Source: Phoronis australis
Taxonomy: Eukaryota; Animalia; Phoronida
NCBI GenBank assembly: GCA_002633005.1
Contig: NMRA01000464.1
Location: forward strand, 1-64,000
Reading direction: 5' to 3'
DNA: 64,000 nucleotides
Positions 51,001 to 63,134 of the stretch are shown here, piece after piece. The notes under the pieces are model-generated. The model was not told the DNA's origin, did no database searches, and saw only the letters and a list, made by a program, of their open reading frames with translations. Position numbers and translations under genes: made by a program. Position 1 is the stretch's first letter; each line of letters begins with the position of its first letter.

Positions 51001-54000
51001 TCACGGCCTAATATAAATGAGCGTCCCAGGTTGAGCACATTGATGAAAGATGCATTTAAAACTCTGCGCTGATGCGCTGACTCTGAGGTGTACACTAACG
51101 CCACAGTACTACTGATCAGATTATAGGGGCTTTCTGGGTTTAAGGAGAACTCCCCATTCGATATTGCTTGAGACCAAGTTCAATAAGCTGGCTAGTCTCG
51201 GCGCCTCATTTTATTCGTCGAGTACTGTCTCGCGCAGTAACGAGTTGTCACTCCTTTCCGATGCCAGAATCTCATTTAAACAAAGATATTGTTGAAAACA
51301 ATTCTGTAGAGGAAAGTGCCAAAATCAAATATTTTTTATGGCAGGCAGACTAAAAGTAACTTCAAAAAGTCTTTTTCTCAGTTTGGCAACGCTGTTACAC
51401 TGAGACTTAAGCAACTTTGTTCCAAAAGACCGGATTCCTCTCAGGTTGATTCACTTGCAAAGAACTATTCTTATACTTACCAAGTCATATCAGAGCTGTT
51501 AAGAAACACAATACTATTTGTTGATCAGTCATTGCGGCTCTCAGTGTTGAAATCGTATTTCGTAAATCCATGCTTTTTATTGCAACCTGCTTCAAACCGT
51601 TGGTCGTCATTAAAATGATTTAAGCGTCATTACTTCTGAGTGACTTTCCATTGTTCACATTAAGAACTAATTAACGTTATCTTTGGGCCAACACGCTTTG
51701 ATCATAAAAGCAACGGGCTAATTAAAGCCGATAAAAAACAATATGAAAAAGGCAGATAACCACCTTAAGAAATATCTTACCAAAAGCAAGATTATCCTGG
51801 CGTTGTGTGTTTGTACTATTCCTGCTTGATTACCACTCAGGTAACGGAAATCACCTGCTCAAAAATATCCGTGGTGTAATCAATAAGATTCCAATAACAT
51901 TTCATTTATATTAAGTCGATGAACTCTCTGGTGATCGCCGCGTTGACATCTCTGTATGGGAGGGGTGAACTTACCAGATCACTATTTGGAGTTAAAATTA
52001 AAAATCAGCAGGTCCGTTGAGCCAGCTGTGAAAAGCAATTGAAAACGTTTCTTACCTTCATCTGATTGTAATTAAATCAGTTAGAGTAGCGGTGAATAAC
52101 AAAACATGACAATGCTCTGCCTTTAAAGTCTTGTGGCCTCTCACTTGGGATGCTTGGATTACATTTCCGTGCTGTCAGACCATGGGCACTAAAATATTTC
52201 TTACTTCCTTGGACTTGGTCGGCGGAGGTGACGATGGCGACAATGACGACAGCGGCAACGACTACGACAGCGCTGGCGACGACAACGACGAGTTGACCAT
52301 GATACGTGGCGACGACAGACGATGATGAAGGAAAGCTTTCAGACAAATAAAAATTTGAAAAACATCAATCGACTTTGAGTTTCTAACACCAACAATAACC
52401 ATCATAATCGATATCGAATTTCAGATCTCAATTTCCAATTTGCACAGCCGTCAGTAAGATGATTGTGTTTATTTAAGTTTTAGATTTAATTTTTAAACAT
52501 ATGTGTGCAAGTGCCTACGTTTAAAGCTTAGAGCTGACGCGGACCGGCCGGTTGTAATGAGGCATCACTGCACGTTTTATTTCAATATACTGTAACAGGT
52601 AACTCAACCTGAACTAATGGACTTATGATATTAGACCAATTATTCTTATAATATTTTTGTAGGTTGATATGCATATTCTTCGCTGTACAATACTTACCCG
52701 CTGAAAAAGCGTTTTGGGTATTATTGCTGGGGATGGCTGGGGCAGACGAACATCCTAGCTTTGACAAGAAAAATAATAAAACAACAAAATCTCTTCGCTT
52801 GAGTTTTTCTGATTGTATTTCGACTCGCCAATTCTCGTTATCGTCTGCCAAAAATTCTCTAAAATCAAGGATGGTAACTTTACCTGTTTCAAAAAGCTCA
52901 AACATTTCCATATATTGTGTGTATTTAACTCTGCCAGCAGATCTTTAGAGTGTGACCCGTGGGGGTCACGCGGGTTCGTTTCAGCGCCAAGGAAAATCAG
53001 ATCTTTCTCGTACAAACAATATCAAGTGGCACCACACGTGCCGTACTGGGTAATGTAGTCTTTTTCAATCTTCATCGGTGATATTCGTGCAACCATTGAT
53101 TCGCCAATGGTTTCGATGTTCTTGTTGGCAAACGGGGATAGAACATAACCGTGGTAAGGATTTTATGAGAGTAAATGGCCTAGTTCGATTTTGTTTTTAG
53201 GAAGCTAAACGAGGCGAAAAGTGGAAAGTAAATGACGTTAACTTAGTTTTCCATAACCAAAAATATAAAACTTAACGAAGATAACTAAATGAAAATGATC
53301 CATAGGAACAAATAGGTCGCATTATTCGACACTGGTGTGCCTGTTTCGCTATAATAGTGTAACTTTGCGACGCTTCGCACATTGTGTCTAAGTGGTCGTG
53401 ATCTAGATTCTTTGTGAAAGTTTTGAGAAACAGACCTTGGGAGTGGCATTTGTGCAGGGAATGCTGGGCTATTTTTAACTAAGGCCACGCGTATAAGCAT
53501 AATCACCCTTTTTATAGAAATAGTCAAGTTAGCGTGACCCGTTATAGCAGGAGCTCTTTTGATATTCTTTCACTGACGTTTGTTTCCATTTCAGAACCTC
53601 ACCTGAAGGCCGACTTGTGCCTATTTAATGAACCTAAATTTAATAAACATCTCTTTGAACTGTATTATTTTAATCCGGTAAACCATGAGACTGTTCTGTC
53701 TAGTCCTGTTGTTAGTCCTGTAAACATGGATCCGTTGTGGACGATCCCACCGACCGCTTTTGGCCGGGTGTCGCACTGATTGCAATTTCCAAATGTCAAA
53801 GCGGTCTCGGTACCCCTAAAAGTGCATTCCGTAGCCAATTTTATAATCGAATCCGGATGAAGCGGATCACAAGGGTTTAAATTATTACCACAAGGACTCG
53901 GTGACACGCACTCGGCCCTCGCCCCGGCGAGTAGGCTGGACCTCTACTGCATCCCCGTCACTTTGAGTTTTAGTTGGTTGCTTCTTTGAAAGAGGGCAGC

Positions 54001-54133
54001 ACGGTCTAAACAGGAAGTTCGATTGACAAATCAACACAAAGCACGTTTATTACATTCAAAGCGGTGGAATCAGCTGTTTGGTTCGGTTTCCTAAAATGAC
54101 TTCTTTATAGAACTTATTTAGTTATAGATTTGA

Positions 54134-54288
54134 ATGAAATTGTCACCAGAAGGTGTTGAAGTAGTAGTAGATGACGTTAGTAATTCATCGTTGACCAAGA
54201 AAATGCCGATTGTGACAAAAAAATTAGTGCTTTGCGGATTGGGAATTTTCGTCAGCTACTTCTATTACGGGATTCTTCAGGAAAGAAT
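54134..54288 (+). CDS. SLC35B1: Solute carrier family 35 member B1 (UGTrel1/AXER), coding exon 1
   Basis: MKLSPEGVEVVVDDVSNSSLTKKMPIVTKKLVLCGLGIFVSYFYYGILQER + AT|gtgagt. An alternative ATG lies at 54203. GIF..YF.YGILQE is the SLC35B1 TM1 signature. Confidence 0.9.
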
Positions 54289-54426
54289 GTGAGTAGTGCC
54301 GTATTATTAACGCTGTGATCCATCATGTATGCCTGAAGATTTTCTGCAGTTCGTGCTGCTCCTGGCTAAACTGTCAAAGTCACCTTGCTATCTACCTGTC
54401 AAGTGTAGAGGGACCCCTAGGCTTAA

Positions 54427-54782
54427 AGGAGCATGCCACCCAAAAAACAACCTATTTTGTATCAATTTAGATGGAGTAGTTGTACTCGATAATGGCTCGT
54501 TCGGTTGTGTCACCTGACGGCAGACGGAAGTGTTGAAATTATCCAATGACGTTGTTGGTTTCACACGCAGTCTGTTCAGCAGTTCACAACACGGGTTACT
54601 GGTGTCAGCTTATCGCTTGAAGACATTCATTTAACACCAAAAAATGCTGCATCGTTTCTCACCTTCCTCACAGGTTAACGCGACACCTCTCGGCAAGGTG
54701 AGGTCGACCATATCAGAGGCGATGTAGATATAGACGGATTAAGACGGTAAAAAAGATTAATTAAATCGGGTGACATTTTCCT
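54427..54782. mobile_element. Kolobok-like element copy 3, 356-bp internal-deletion derivative, in SLC35B1 intron 1
   Basis: ttaa|aggagcatgccaccc...cgggtgacattttcct|ttaa. About 210 bp of the left end is joined to about 140 bp of the right end of copy 2. Confidence 0.88.
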
Positions 54783-55025
54783 TTAAGATTGCTTAAAGAA
54801 GCAGTTGTCCTCCCAGTCTATTTATTTAACGCCTGACAGTGCTTCAGAAAAGACAAAAATGTAACTTAACCCTAGGCCTAAGGCTGGTATGTGACAAGGG
54901 TGTCTAAATTTGAGTCAGGGTGTCTATTTGGGACACACATTCAATTATCAGACCAGTGCAATTACAAATTTTCCCAGGCAACTAGATTGACATGGGTATC
55001 AAACACAATACTAGTAGGCAATTAC

Positions 55026-56420
55026 ATCGCCCTGGATGTCACAGGCATACAGAGGCTATAGTACATCCCCACAAAAAGTTACGAATTTCAAAATACAGGA
55101 AATAAAATCAATTGAATCATGCATATATGCACATGGGTTATAACTAACACATACCAGAAGTCTCAAGACAATTAAATCAAGATAATTTGAACAAATTGAT
55201 GAAAATCTGTTCGCGGTTTGCTCGAGTTTCTCTAACGGGTGCCATTTCGAGGAAATTGCGGGAAATCACGCATGTTGAGAAGTCCAAGGGACACAAATCT
55301 TACAGATTTCACCTGATACCTTCCTATGCTATTTTGCAAGTGTCACGTGCCAGCGTCATGCGACAGCGTCACGCGACAGCGTCACGCGCTAGTGTCACGC
55401 GCTAGTGTCACGCGCTTCGCTAAGTCTCGTGCTAGCCTTTGCCTAACTCACGTGACTCAGTTGAAATCCTAAAGTGGTTATCGCGCGTGTGGTGAAAAAG
55501 TTACCGGTGACCAAAAAAGTGGAGTTGGAATTCTTTGCCAAAGTCACCTTAATTGTCATAACTAAACTTCATCGAAGATATGTGTAGAAGTAGAAAGGAC
55601 CACTGAAGAAAGTAAGCCATAGTTTTAAGTGTGGAATGCATTTTTGACGAGGTGAAAACTCTTAATCAATGACCGGATTTGGCCTACCAACCGTTTAAAA
55701 TACATGGGACGAAATTGATACAGAAAATGATGGGAAATATTGTAGCCCCTAACCGGCCAACCGAGGGGTTACGTGTTGCCTACAAAGTCAATACCTAATA
55801 ATCACAACTGATGTCACTGACTAGGCAACACATAATGATCACCGCTGTTGTCACTGACTAGGCAACATGTAATCCCTCGGCTGGCTATACAGGGCTACTC
55901 CAGTCACTTTCTGTACAAATTTCATCCCATGTATTTTAAAGAAGTGGTAGCCGAACTACATTTTACATTTAAAATTACCTCTTAAAAAATAATTACTTTC
56001 TTCAGCGACCCTTTCTGATTCTATGCATTCAGTGATGATTGTCTACATTGGGTATTGAGATGACTTTGGTGAAGAATTCCAACTCCACTTCTTTGTTCGC
56101 TGTTAACTTTTTTACTGCGCACTCTAATATCAAAGTATTTCAACTGACGTCACGGACAAGCACGAGACTGAGCGAAGCATGTGAGACTTGCAAAAAATAG
56201 CTTGGCAAGATGTCAGGTGGAATTATAAGATTTGTTTCCCTTGGACTTTTTGTTCATTAATAGGCGTGATTTTCAAGTCAGAATCATAGTATATGTTGAT
56301 TATAACTCCATGTGTATATATGCATGTTGCATTTGATTTTATTGGCTGTGTTTTGAGGTGAGTGACTTTTTCATGGGTGTATACTTTCGCCCCTGTGTGC
56401 CTGCGGCATTACAGGGTGAT
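55026..56420. mobile_element. ~1.4-kb diverged fold-back element in SLC35B1 intron 1
   Basis: Colinear inverted blocks include aagtccaaggga/tcccttggactt, aaagtggagttggaattctt/aagaattccaactccacttt, tttaaaatacatggga/tcccatgtattttaaa and tgttgccta/taggcaaca. The centre is at ~55783-55858. Confidence 0.85.
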
Positions 56421-57506
56421 TTTACCTATTGTCACACGTGACTGCCGGGTGTGATGTATAGTCATATATAGCCTCTCTAAATCGCTTGTCAAGTGGTTAT
56501 TGCCAATTGTACTCTTTGGATGCTCAACTCTCAAGCAAGCAACTGCGGTTCAAGTCTTGGTGGTGAAAAAAATTTTAATAACGCCTCCTTATTAGTTGCC
56601 TAAGCCAGGCAATAACACCAAAATACCCACTTGAGAAGATATAGGGAGCACTGTACCCGTCCAGGGCAATAACTGAGAAAACATAGCGCTCTAACCCCCT
56701 ACCCCTCCATATCTTCACTGTTTGCTTCCAAAACTGGTTGAACAACCCATGAATAAAAAGTTATAAAGTCAGTGTTGTTTTTCATTGTGTTTGGACACTG
56801 CAGCAAAATAAATGAAGTATGATTAAACGATACAACAATGTTCTCCACAACCAGTTTTGACTCGTCGGGTACATTTTGGAGTTTTGGTACCAGTTCAGTC
56901 CATTTATTCCAAGACTTGATGGACCATCTTGCCACAGAATGGACCATCTTGCCTCAGAATGGACGTGGATTTTTGAACACATATTTGAATTTCAGCTGAA
57001 TTTGAATTCTCTGTTTTGCAGAACACTGTCAGTGTTAGAATGACATTTCTTTACATGTCTGAACTAGTCACTAACTCTCTTCTTATGTTTAGCAAAATGT
57101 CATTTAACTGATAACATTTTAAAACCAAATTGAAAAATGTCGCTGAAAATACAAATTAATTCAAAAGTGCAAGGATGTGAGACAACATTAGATTCTCAAA
57201 TTCTATACGAACTTATACTTTTTAAACCAATTTGTTCAATTTTCTCGTTATCATATCTTGTAATTGTTGTTAGAACCTCAGTCTGTTTAACAGCACCTTG
57301 TAATTCATAAGAAGGTACCAAACCCTTTATATCACTAACGCTGATCTAAGTTCCTTTGGAGCTGAGCAATTATCACATTAGCAATGATGTCATTGCTGTG
57401 TGATATTCATGATGAGGGGCAAAAGGCTTCCAGAACACTCAACATCAGAATAGATTAATTTCTGGATTTGAAACCTTGTCATCTGTAGTTAATTCTACAA
57501 GAATAC

Positions 57507-58876
57507 CATTCAGTTCCCCTCCACACTACCCCTCACTACATTCTCTCCACCCTTTCTCTGCAGTCAGTTCTCGTTAATCCTACTTCAAAACTCAGCAACT
57601 GTATCCAGATGGTCAATATGTGAACGTCTGCCTCAAAGATGGCTCATTGGTGAGCCTGTGGTGTGAGTGAAACTCATAATAGAGGACCTATCTTGTTAGT
57701 TACCTGCGAGCTGATTGTAAAAACTATCGACCAATCAGTAGACCTGTTGAAGACTGGTTACCAACCTAATTCAGTTGTATCGGTTATATCTGTTGGAACT
57801 CCTGAATATTCAGTAGTCATTAAAGCCTTACTCCACTGATGAATTTTGATTTTCTATTTCACTTGATGTCACAAGTAGCAACATTTTGTAAAATGGGACA
57901 CAGATCAGTTTAAAAGGGTGGAAAATGCATTTTGGGATATTGTTGGTCTTTGACAAAATCTTTACTAATATTATTAAAATCTCTTGGTCTGTTTACGCCG
58001 ACCTCTCGTCTATTTACATTGTCGCGACGATTCGGTCGGTCTATTCTGCGTGGTATAGTAGTTAAGGTGCTGGACTCAAATATCCGTATTTTGTTTCAGA
58101 AGTCGTGGGTTCAAATCCTTCCTCAGACAATATATAATCAAAAAAATCTCGCCATGATGAGTGCACCACATATCNACATTCAGTTCCCCTCCACACTGCC
58201 CCTCGCTACATTCAGTTCCCCTCCACACTACCCCTCACTACATTCTCTCGACCCTTCCTCTGCAGTCAGTTCTCGTTAATCCTACTTCAAAACTCAGCGA
58301 CTGTATCCAGATGGTCAATATGTGAACGTCTGCCTCAAAGATGGCTCATTGGTGAGCCTGTGGTGTGAGTGAAACTCATAATAGAGGACCTATCTTGTTA
58401 GTTACCTGCTAGCTGATTGTAAAAACTATCGACCAATCAGTAGACCTGTTGAAGACTGGTTACCAACCTAATTCAGTTGTATCGGTTATATCTGTTGGAA
58501 CTCCTGAATATTCAGTAGTCATTAAAGCCTTACTCTACTGATGAATTTTGATTTTCTGTTTCACTTGATGTCACAAGTAGCAGCATTTTGTAAAATGGGA
58601 CACAGATCAGTTTAAAAGGGTGGAAAATGCATTTTGGGATCTTGTTGGTCTTTGACAAAATCTTTACTAATATTATTAAAATCTGTTGGTCTGTTTACGC
58701 CGACCTCTTGTCTATTTACATTGTCGCGACGATTCGGTCGGTCTATTCTGCGTGGTATAGTAGTTAAGGTGCTGGACTCAAATATCCGTATTTTGTTTCA
58801 GAAGTCGTGGGTTCAAATCCTTCCTCAGACAATATATAATCAAAAAAATCTCGCCATGATGAGTGCACCACATATC
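57507..58876 (+). repeat. Tandem ~670-bp duplication (offset 702 bp) joined at a single N; likely uncollapsed haplotypes
   Basis: 57507-58174 is nearly identical to 58209-58876, with scattered substitutions. N at 58175. Confidence 0.85.
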
Positions 58877-58998
58877 CGTGCTCGTTCTTCTAAGAACGCA
58901 TGAACATCTGACGATGGCCAGAGAGTAGACCACCCGAAACGTCGTGACAATGTAAATGGACAAGAGGTCGGTGTAAATGGACCGAGAGATTTTAATAA
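58673..58998 (+). mobile_element. Fold-back retroelement: tRNA-like Pol III head + Penelope-type tail with hammerhead motif
   Basis: Inverted arms at 58673-58750 and 58919-58998. A-box-like TGGTATAGTAG at 58753-63, B-box GGTTCAAATCC at 58810-20, hammerhead core at 58905-58946. Confidence 0.7.
58905..58946 (+). ncRNA. Putative minimal type I hammerhead ribozyme (stem II degenerate)
   Basis: CAU-CUGACGA-UGG ccagagaguaga CCA cc-CGAAACGUC-GUG. The core boxes are intact, stem III is the palindrome ACGU, and stem I is CAU/GUG. Confidence 0.5.
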
Positions 58999-59399
58999 TT
59001 GTAACATGCCACCACCTCAGATTGGTTTTAGAAAGTCATGACAAAATCCTTAGTATAAAAACCCATCGCTTTGTGCTTTTATTAGAAATTGACCATTCTG
59101 GACAAAATGTTGGACTGCAACCACACTGAGGTCACGTCACCGATAATGCCACCATTAAATATGTTCTATTGATAGACCTGCTGGTTATGTTGGGAAAAGA
59201 GTCTATCCTGCGGTCGGACCCTTAAATATGGTGATCAGACTTTTGAATGCAGTGGACACTCTATGAACACTCTGGAGGTCAAATCTTGCAGTCTGATCCC
59301 AAAATAATGCTATTGCCAGACTATATGAGAACTAATGGCAAAAGATGAGATACTGCATTTGTAACTGTTGGAAATAACTGACTTGGTCCGAGTTTGATA

Positions 59400-59560
59400 G
59401 AGCTGCTGAGTGAATGAGTGGATTGGGCTCTGGACTCCCGTTTGGGAGACCCAGGTTCGAATCCTGGCCTCACTGGCAGACAATTACAAAGGTGTCTCTT
59501 ACTAATGTGAGCTTGGTCTTACTAGTGAATGTACCAAAGGGAAGGAATGAGAACCGGGAC
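59400..59560 (+). mobile_element. tRNA-derived SINE fragment
   Basis: ...gagtggattgggctctggactcc...acccaggttcgaatcctggcct has a perfect B-box GGTTCGAATCC but no complete cloverleaf. Confidence 0.55.
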
Positions 59561-59922
59561 ATAATGCAAAAGCAGTTTCTGGGGCTGTGCTCATATTTAG
59601 TGAATGAGTCTCCTCTCACTGGTTCAGTCAGTGAGAAAGTGATTGTGCATAAACGGTTGCATTTTGCCCTATTTAGCTGGCTAAAAAGAAAAAGGAAAAT
59701 GGAATCGGTCGTTTTATTCTGATGAAGTCGATCTCGTAATATTTTTTACCGTGACTTGAATTTCAAAATGGCATATGTATACATTGTCTGACTGGAGTTG
59801 TCGATTTATTCAACAACATTTCAAGATCAGATGGGCGTGGTAATGTTTTTAAACCCACTCCTTTAGAATTGAGTTGAATGCTAAACAGTGCCTAAATACT
59901 TCTTTCAAATAATGCCCACGTG

Positions 59923-60162
59923 CGGAGGCAGTGTGGCCTGGTTGATAAGTGCCCGCTTTCTTTACTCGAGGTCGTGGGTTCAAGTCACCAGGTCACACCG
60001 CTAAACCCTTGAGCCAGGTTTCTAGCTCCTCAGCTCGGTTTTAACCATATATCAATAAAGCATAAAAATATTTCCAGGTGATCAGTGCAATGGGCCCACA
60101 TGCGAGGCCTGCGCACGTCTGATACGTGTATCAGACCGCCTGCAATTATTTTTATATTTTAT
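59923..60162 (+). mobile_element. tRNA-derived SINE with 14-bp TSD
   Basis: TSD ataatgcccacgtg at 59909-59922 and 60163-60176. Head gaggcagtgtggcctggttg...gggttcaagtc, core cccttgagc, AT-rich tail. Confidence 0.8.
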
Positions 60163-60258
60163 ATAATGCCCACGTGGTTATATATGTGTTTAATAATGGA
60201 AAACATGTAATTGTAAATCTTGTTTATTCTTTCTCCACTTTATTGGATCATCTTTCAG

Positions 60259-60362
60259 AACCAGGGGAAAATATGGAGATGGAGAGAAGAGTGAAACATT
60301 CACCTTCACCATGGCGCTGGTTGCGACACAGTGTGTGGTCAATGCCATATTTGCCAAGGCTG
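60259..60362 (+). CDS. SLC35B1: SLC35B1 coding exon 2
   Basis: ctttcag|A ACC AGG...GCT G|gtgagt, encoding (I)TRGKYGDGEKSETFTFTMALVATQCVVNAIFAKA. Phases match the flanking exons. Confidence 0.93.
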
Positions 60363-61224
60363 GTGAGTAAAAATGGCAAAAATCCGTACTACTATTCTTG
60401 GACAGTCTGTTCTCTTGGGCCCATGAAACTTTAGCATGCTAAAATTATATTGAGTGCATTTTTGTAACTTGAGAGTTCTGCATCTTCACACTAATGTGAA
60501 ATAGATTTAGGTCAAGAAAACATGAAGTCTCGTCTTATTTCGAGTCTGAATTATTGCATTGTTTTGTCATGATATCTTCTTATAGATGTATGGCCAGGGA
60601 CCTGTTTCATGACAAGTGACTGAAGTCAGAAATTTGTGACTTCAGTTAAAGTTGATCATTTTGGAATAGATTTCTGATTGAATATCACATAAGGTTTGCT
60701 ATTGCACTGCATTTTTATTTAGAGATATTTTTTGACAAAAACAAAAGACAACTATTTCAAATAATATACTGTTCATCTTTTAGTTAGAGTTTTGTGAGGA
60801 TCTCTTTTCTGTTGTCCAGTGCACCTAATCAATTAATGTTTTGGATGTCCTATAGCCTCAGCCAATCAACTATATTTTTGTTGAATGATGTTTCTACTTC
60901 AGGTGGTCGGATGAAAATTTTTCATTGCATTTCTTTGTTCTTCTGTTTCATGAACTATAGAGTTATTCGCGTTACGTGACATTCAAAATCTGACCAGATG
61001 CATCGTACACAATTGTATTCACTAGTCATAGACAAAAATAAAGTGCATAGTCAACATCTGATCTTAGAACATGCATTTATTCATTGTCAAGGACAATACA
61101 AAAATAATAAAAACGTGTGAAAAGCGTAACCCCAGAAACACATTGCAGGATATTTCTTAAATTATTACCATGGTGACTTATTAGCATTAAAATATGTGTC
61201 ATTATCAACATTGTCTTGTTGCAG

Positions 61225-61352
61225 TTATGAGGATATGGCGGCAGGGTGAAGATGAAACACCCACAAGGTATTATCCCGTCGTGGCCTTCACCTACCTTGG
61301 TGCAATGGTGGCCAGTAACTCCGCCCTCCAACATATCAACTACCCAACACAG
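61225..61352 (+). CDS. SLC35B1: SLC35B1 coding exon 3
   Basis: ttgcag|TT ATG...ACA CAG|gtaata, encoding ...YLGAMVASNSALQHINYPTQ (family signature). Confidence 0.95.
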
Positions 61353-62712
61353 GTAATACATAGATTGAGGATATAGGCTAAGCTAAAATAACCCTTGGCT
61401 TTAATTGTGGCTAGCCTGTCAAAGAAGATGGGGATAAACTGCAGGGTTCAAAATTAGCATAATGTTAAATGTGTCTGGATTTTGTATTTTAGTTTTAAAG
61501 TTTCTGAATGTTTCCATGTATCGCAATGCTTTTGCATCCTAAAATTTTGAATAAGTCAATCACCAGGTGCTAAGCATGTAATAACATAAATCTCAGACAG
61601 AAACAAGAAAAAATTATTAATTTCTAAAACTGTGTTCACATGTCAGTTGTAAAGTCAACATTGTCAGTTGTAACACATATCATGAATATTAATGACTTTA
61701 GGTCTACAATTAAAATATTGAAGACTATTGGTGCAGGAAATTACAACTTTGGCATTCACAGGTCTTACCAAGAAATGTACATGTTGACAGTTTTAGAAAT
61801 TTATTTAGATTCATAACGTTTTAGATGCCCCTGTTTTCCTCAAGCATTTGTGGCCATATTTTGTTGTACCTCAGAGATGTTCTCAGTAATTTCTCTGTCA
61901 GAACCTATACAGCTGTGTTAACAGTGAAAACAATGAAGATTTGTTGCTTCTTAATCTTGATTTTGCTTCTCACTTTCAAGGTTACAAGTTACAAATGATT
62001 CAATGTTCCAATAGTAAGTTCAAACCCTGAGCTTACCACTAACAGTAGCATTCTTTTCTAAATAACTACAGCTTTACAAAAACCAGTGTGCATTCCCAAT
62101 TTGACCTGCCAATACCATTTAGTGTAGCCCAGAAGTTTTAGCATATTGAAGTAAAGAGTGGTGAGTTAGTGGAGTGTTTATCTCCCCTGTGTGATTTTGA
62201 CTCCCACAGATCAAATCTGGTGGGCCCTTGTGTCAGATCTCTCATCTTTAGCTTGGCACACTAAAATTAGCTCTACATGGGTGGGCCAAAAATGACCCAC
62301 TTTGGAATGAGATAAAGTAAGAATGAAGCTGTTTATTAAGCGAAAAACATCTATGAGCTCCAGTCTGACCTCAGAACAACTGTAGACAACAAAAAATGTT
62401 GAAGTGCCTTATTTCACAATTCGGTTTTCTGTTACCATCTCAAAATTAAGTCTCATAAAGGTATTACAATGGAGTGCATCAGTTATGCAGTGGTGAAATA
62501 TAGATACAGACAAACTCATAAGTCTCCACAGGACTTACTTGAGAATTTTAACCAACATTTTGTCTGATGCTGCCAACTTTTTCAAGCGTGAAAAAGTCAA
62601 CAATGTCCTACAAAATGCTTAGAATTCTCGACCTGTGTTTAATAAAGGATCATCGAGTTGGGTGTCTTTGATGAACTTTGCTCAGACTTATTTGTTTTTG
62701 TATTTTTGACAG

Positions 62713-62901
62713 GTTCTTGGTAAGTCTGTGAAGCCCATTCCAGTCATGCTGTTGGGTGTACTGTTCGCTGGGAAGCGTTACCATCTTGCCAAATATTTGT
62801 GTGTCCTACTCATTGTGATTGGTGTGGCGCTGTTCGTGTATAAAGATAAAAATTCCTCCAAGGTCGGAGAGCACACATTTGGTTGGGGAGAGATATTTCT
62901 G
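62713..62901 (+). CDS. SLC35B1: SLC35B1 coding exon 4 (gene continues beyond the window)
   Basis: tgacag|GTT CTT GGT AAG...TTT CTG|gtaaga, encoding [44 protein letters not shown]...FGWGEIFL. Confidence 0.95.
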
Positions 62902-63134
62902 GTAAGACATGACTTTGTACAAATGGCCTCAGTTATCAGTGACAGTTAATCAGTAACTTAGAGTAATCTTGTCAATTTTGGTTTCATTGAGTGACGCCTT
63001 TACTTATAAAATTGTTTCTATAATTTTTTACGTCATATATTTCTATGCACCCACTTGAGCGCATTATGCCGTCTGTCCACCATTGCATCTCCAAAATCCC
63101 TTGATGGATGGATGGGGTTGCATGAGTGAATATT

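Noticed and set aside
52582-52911. 109-aa minus ORF as a standalone protein gene
   Set aside because: It has no recognisable domain and reads through splice-donor-like sites; it is kept only as a possible UTR exon.
21062-56962. Short two-copy tandem duplications (21063-21116, 24126-24223, 49471-49548, 56920-56963)
   Set aside because: They look like ordinary slippage or repair duplications with no further structure.
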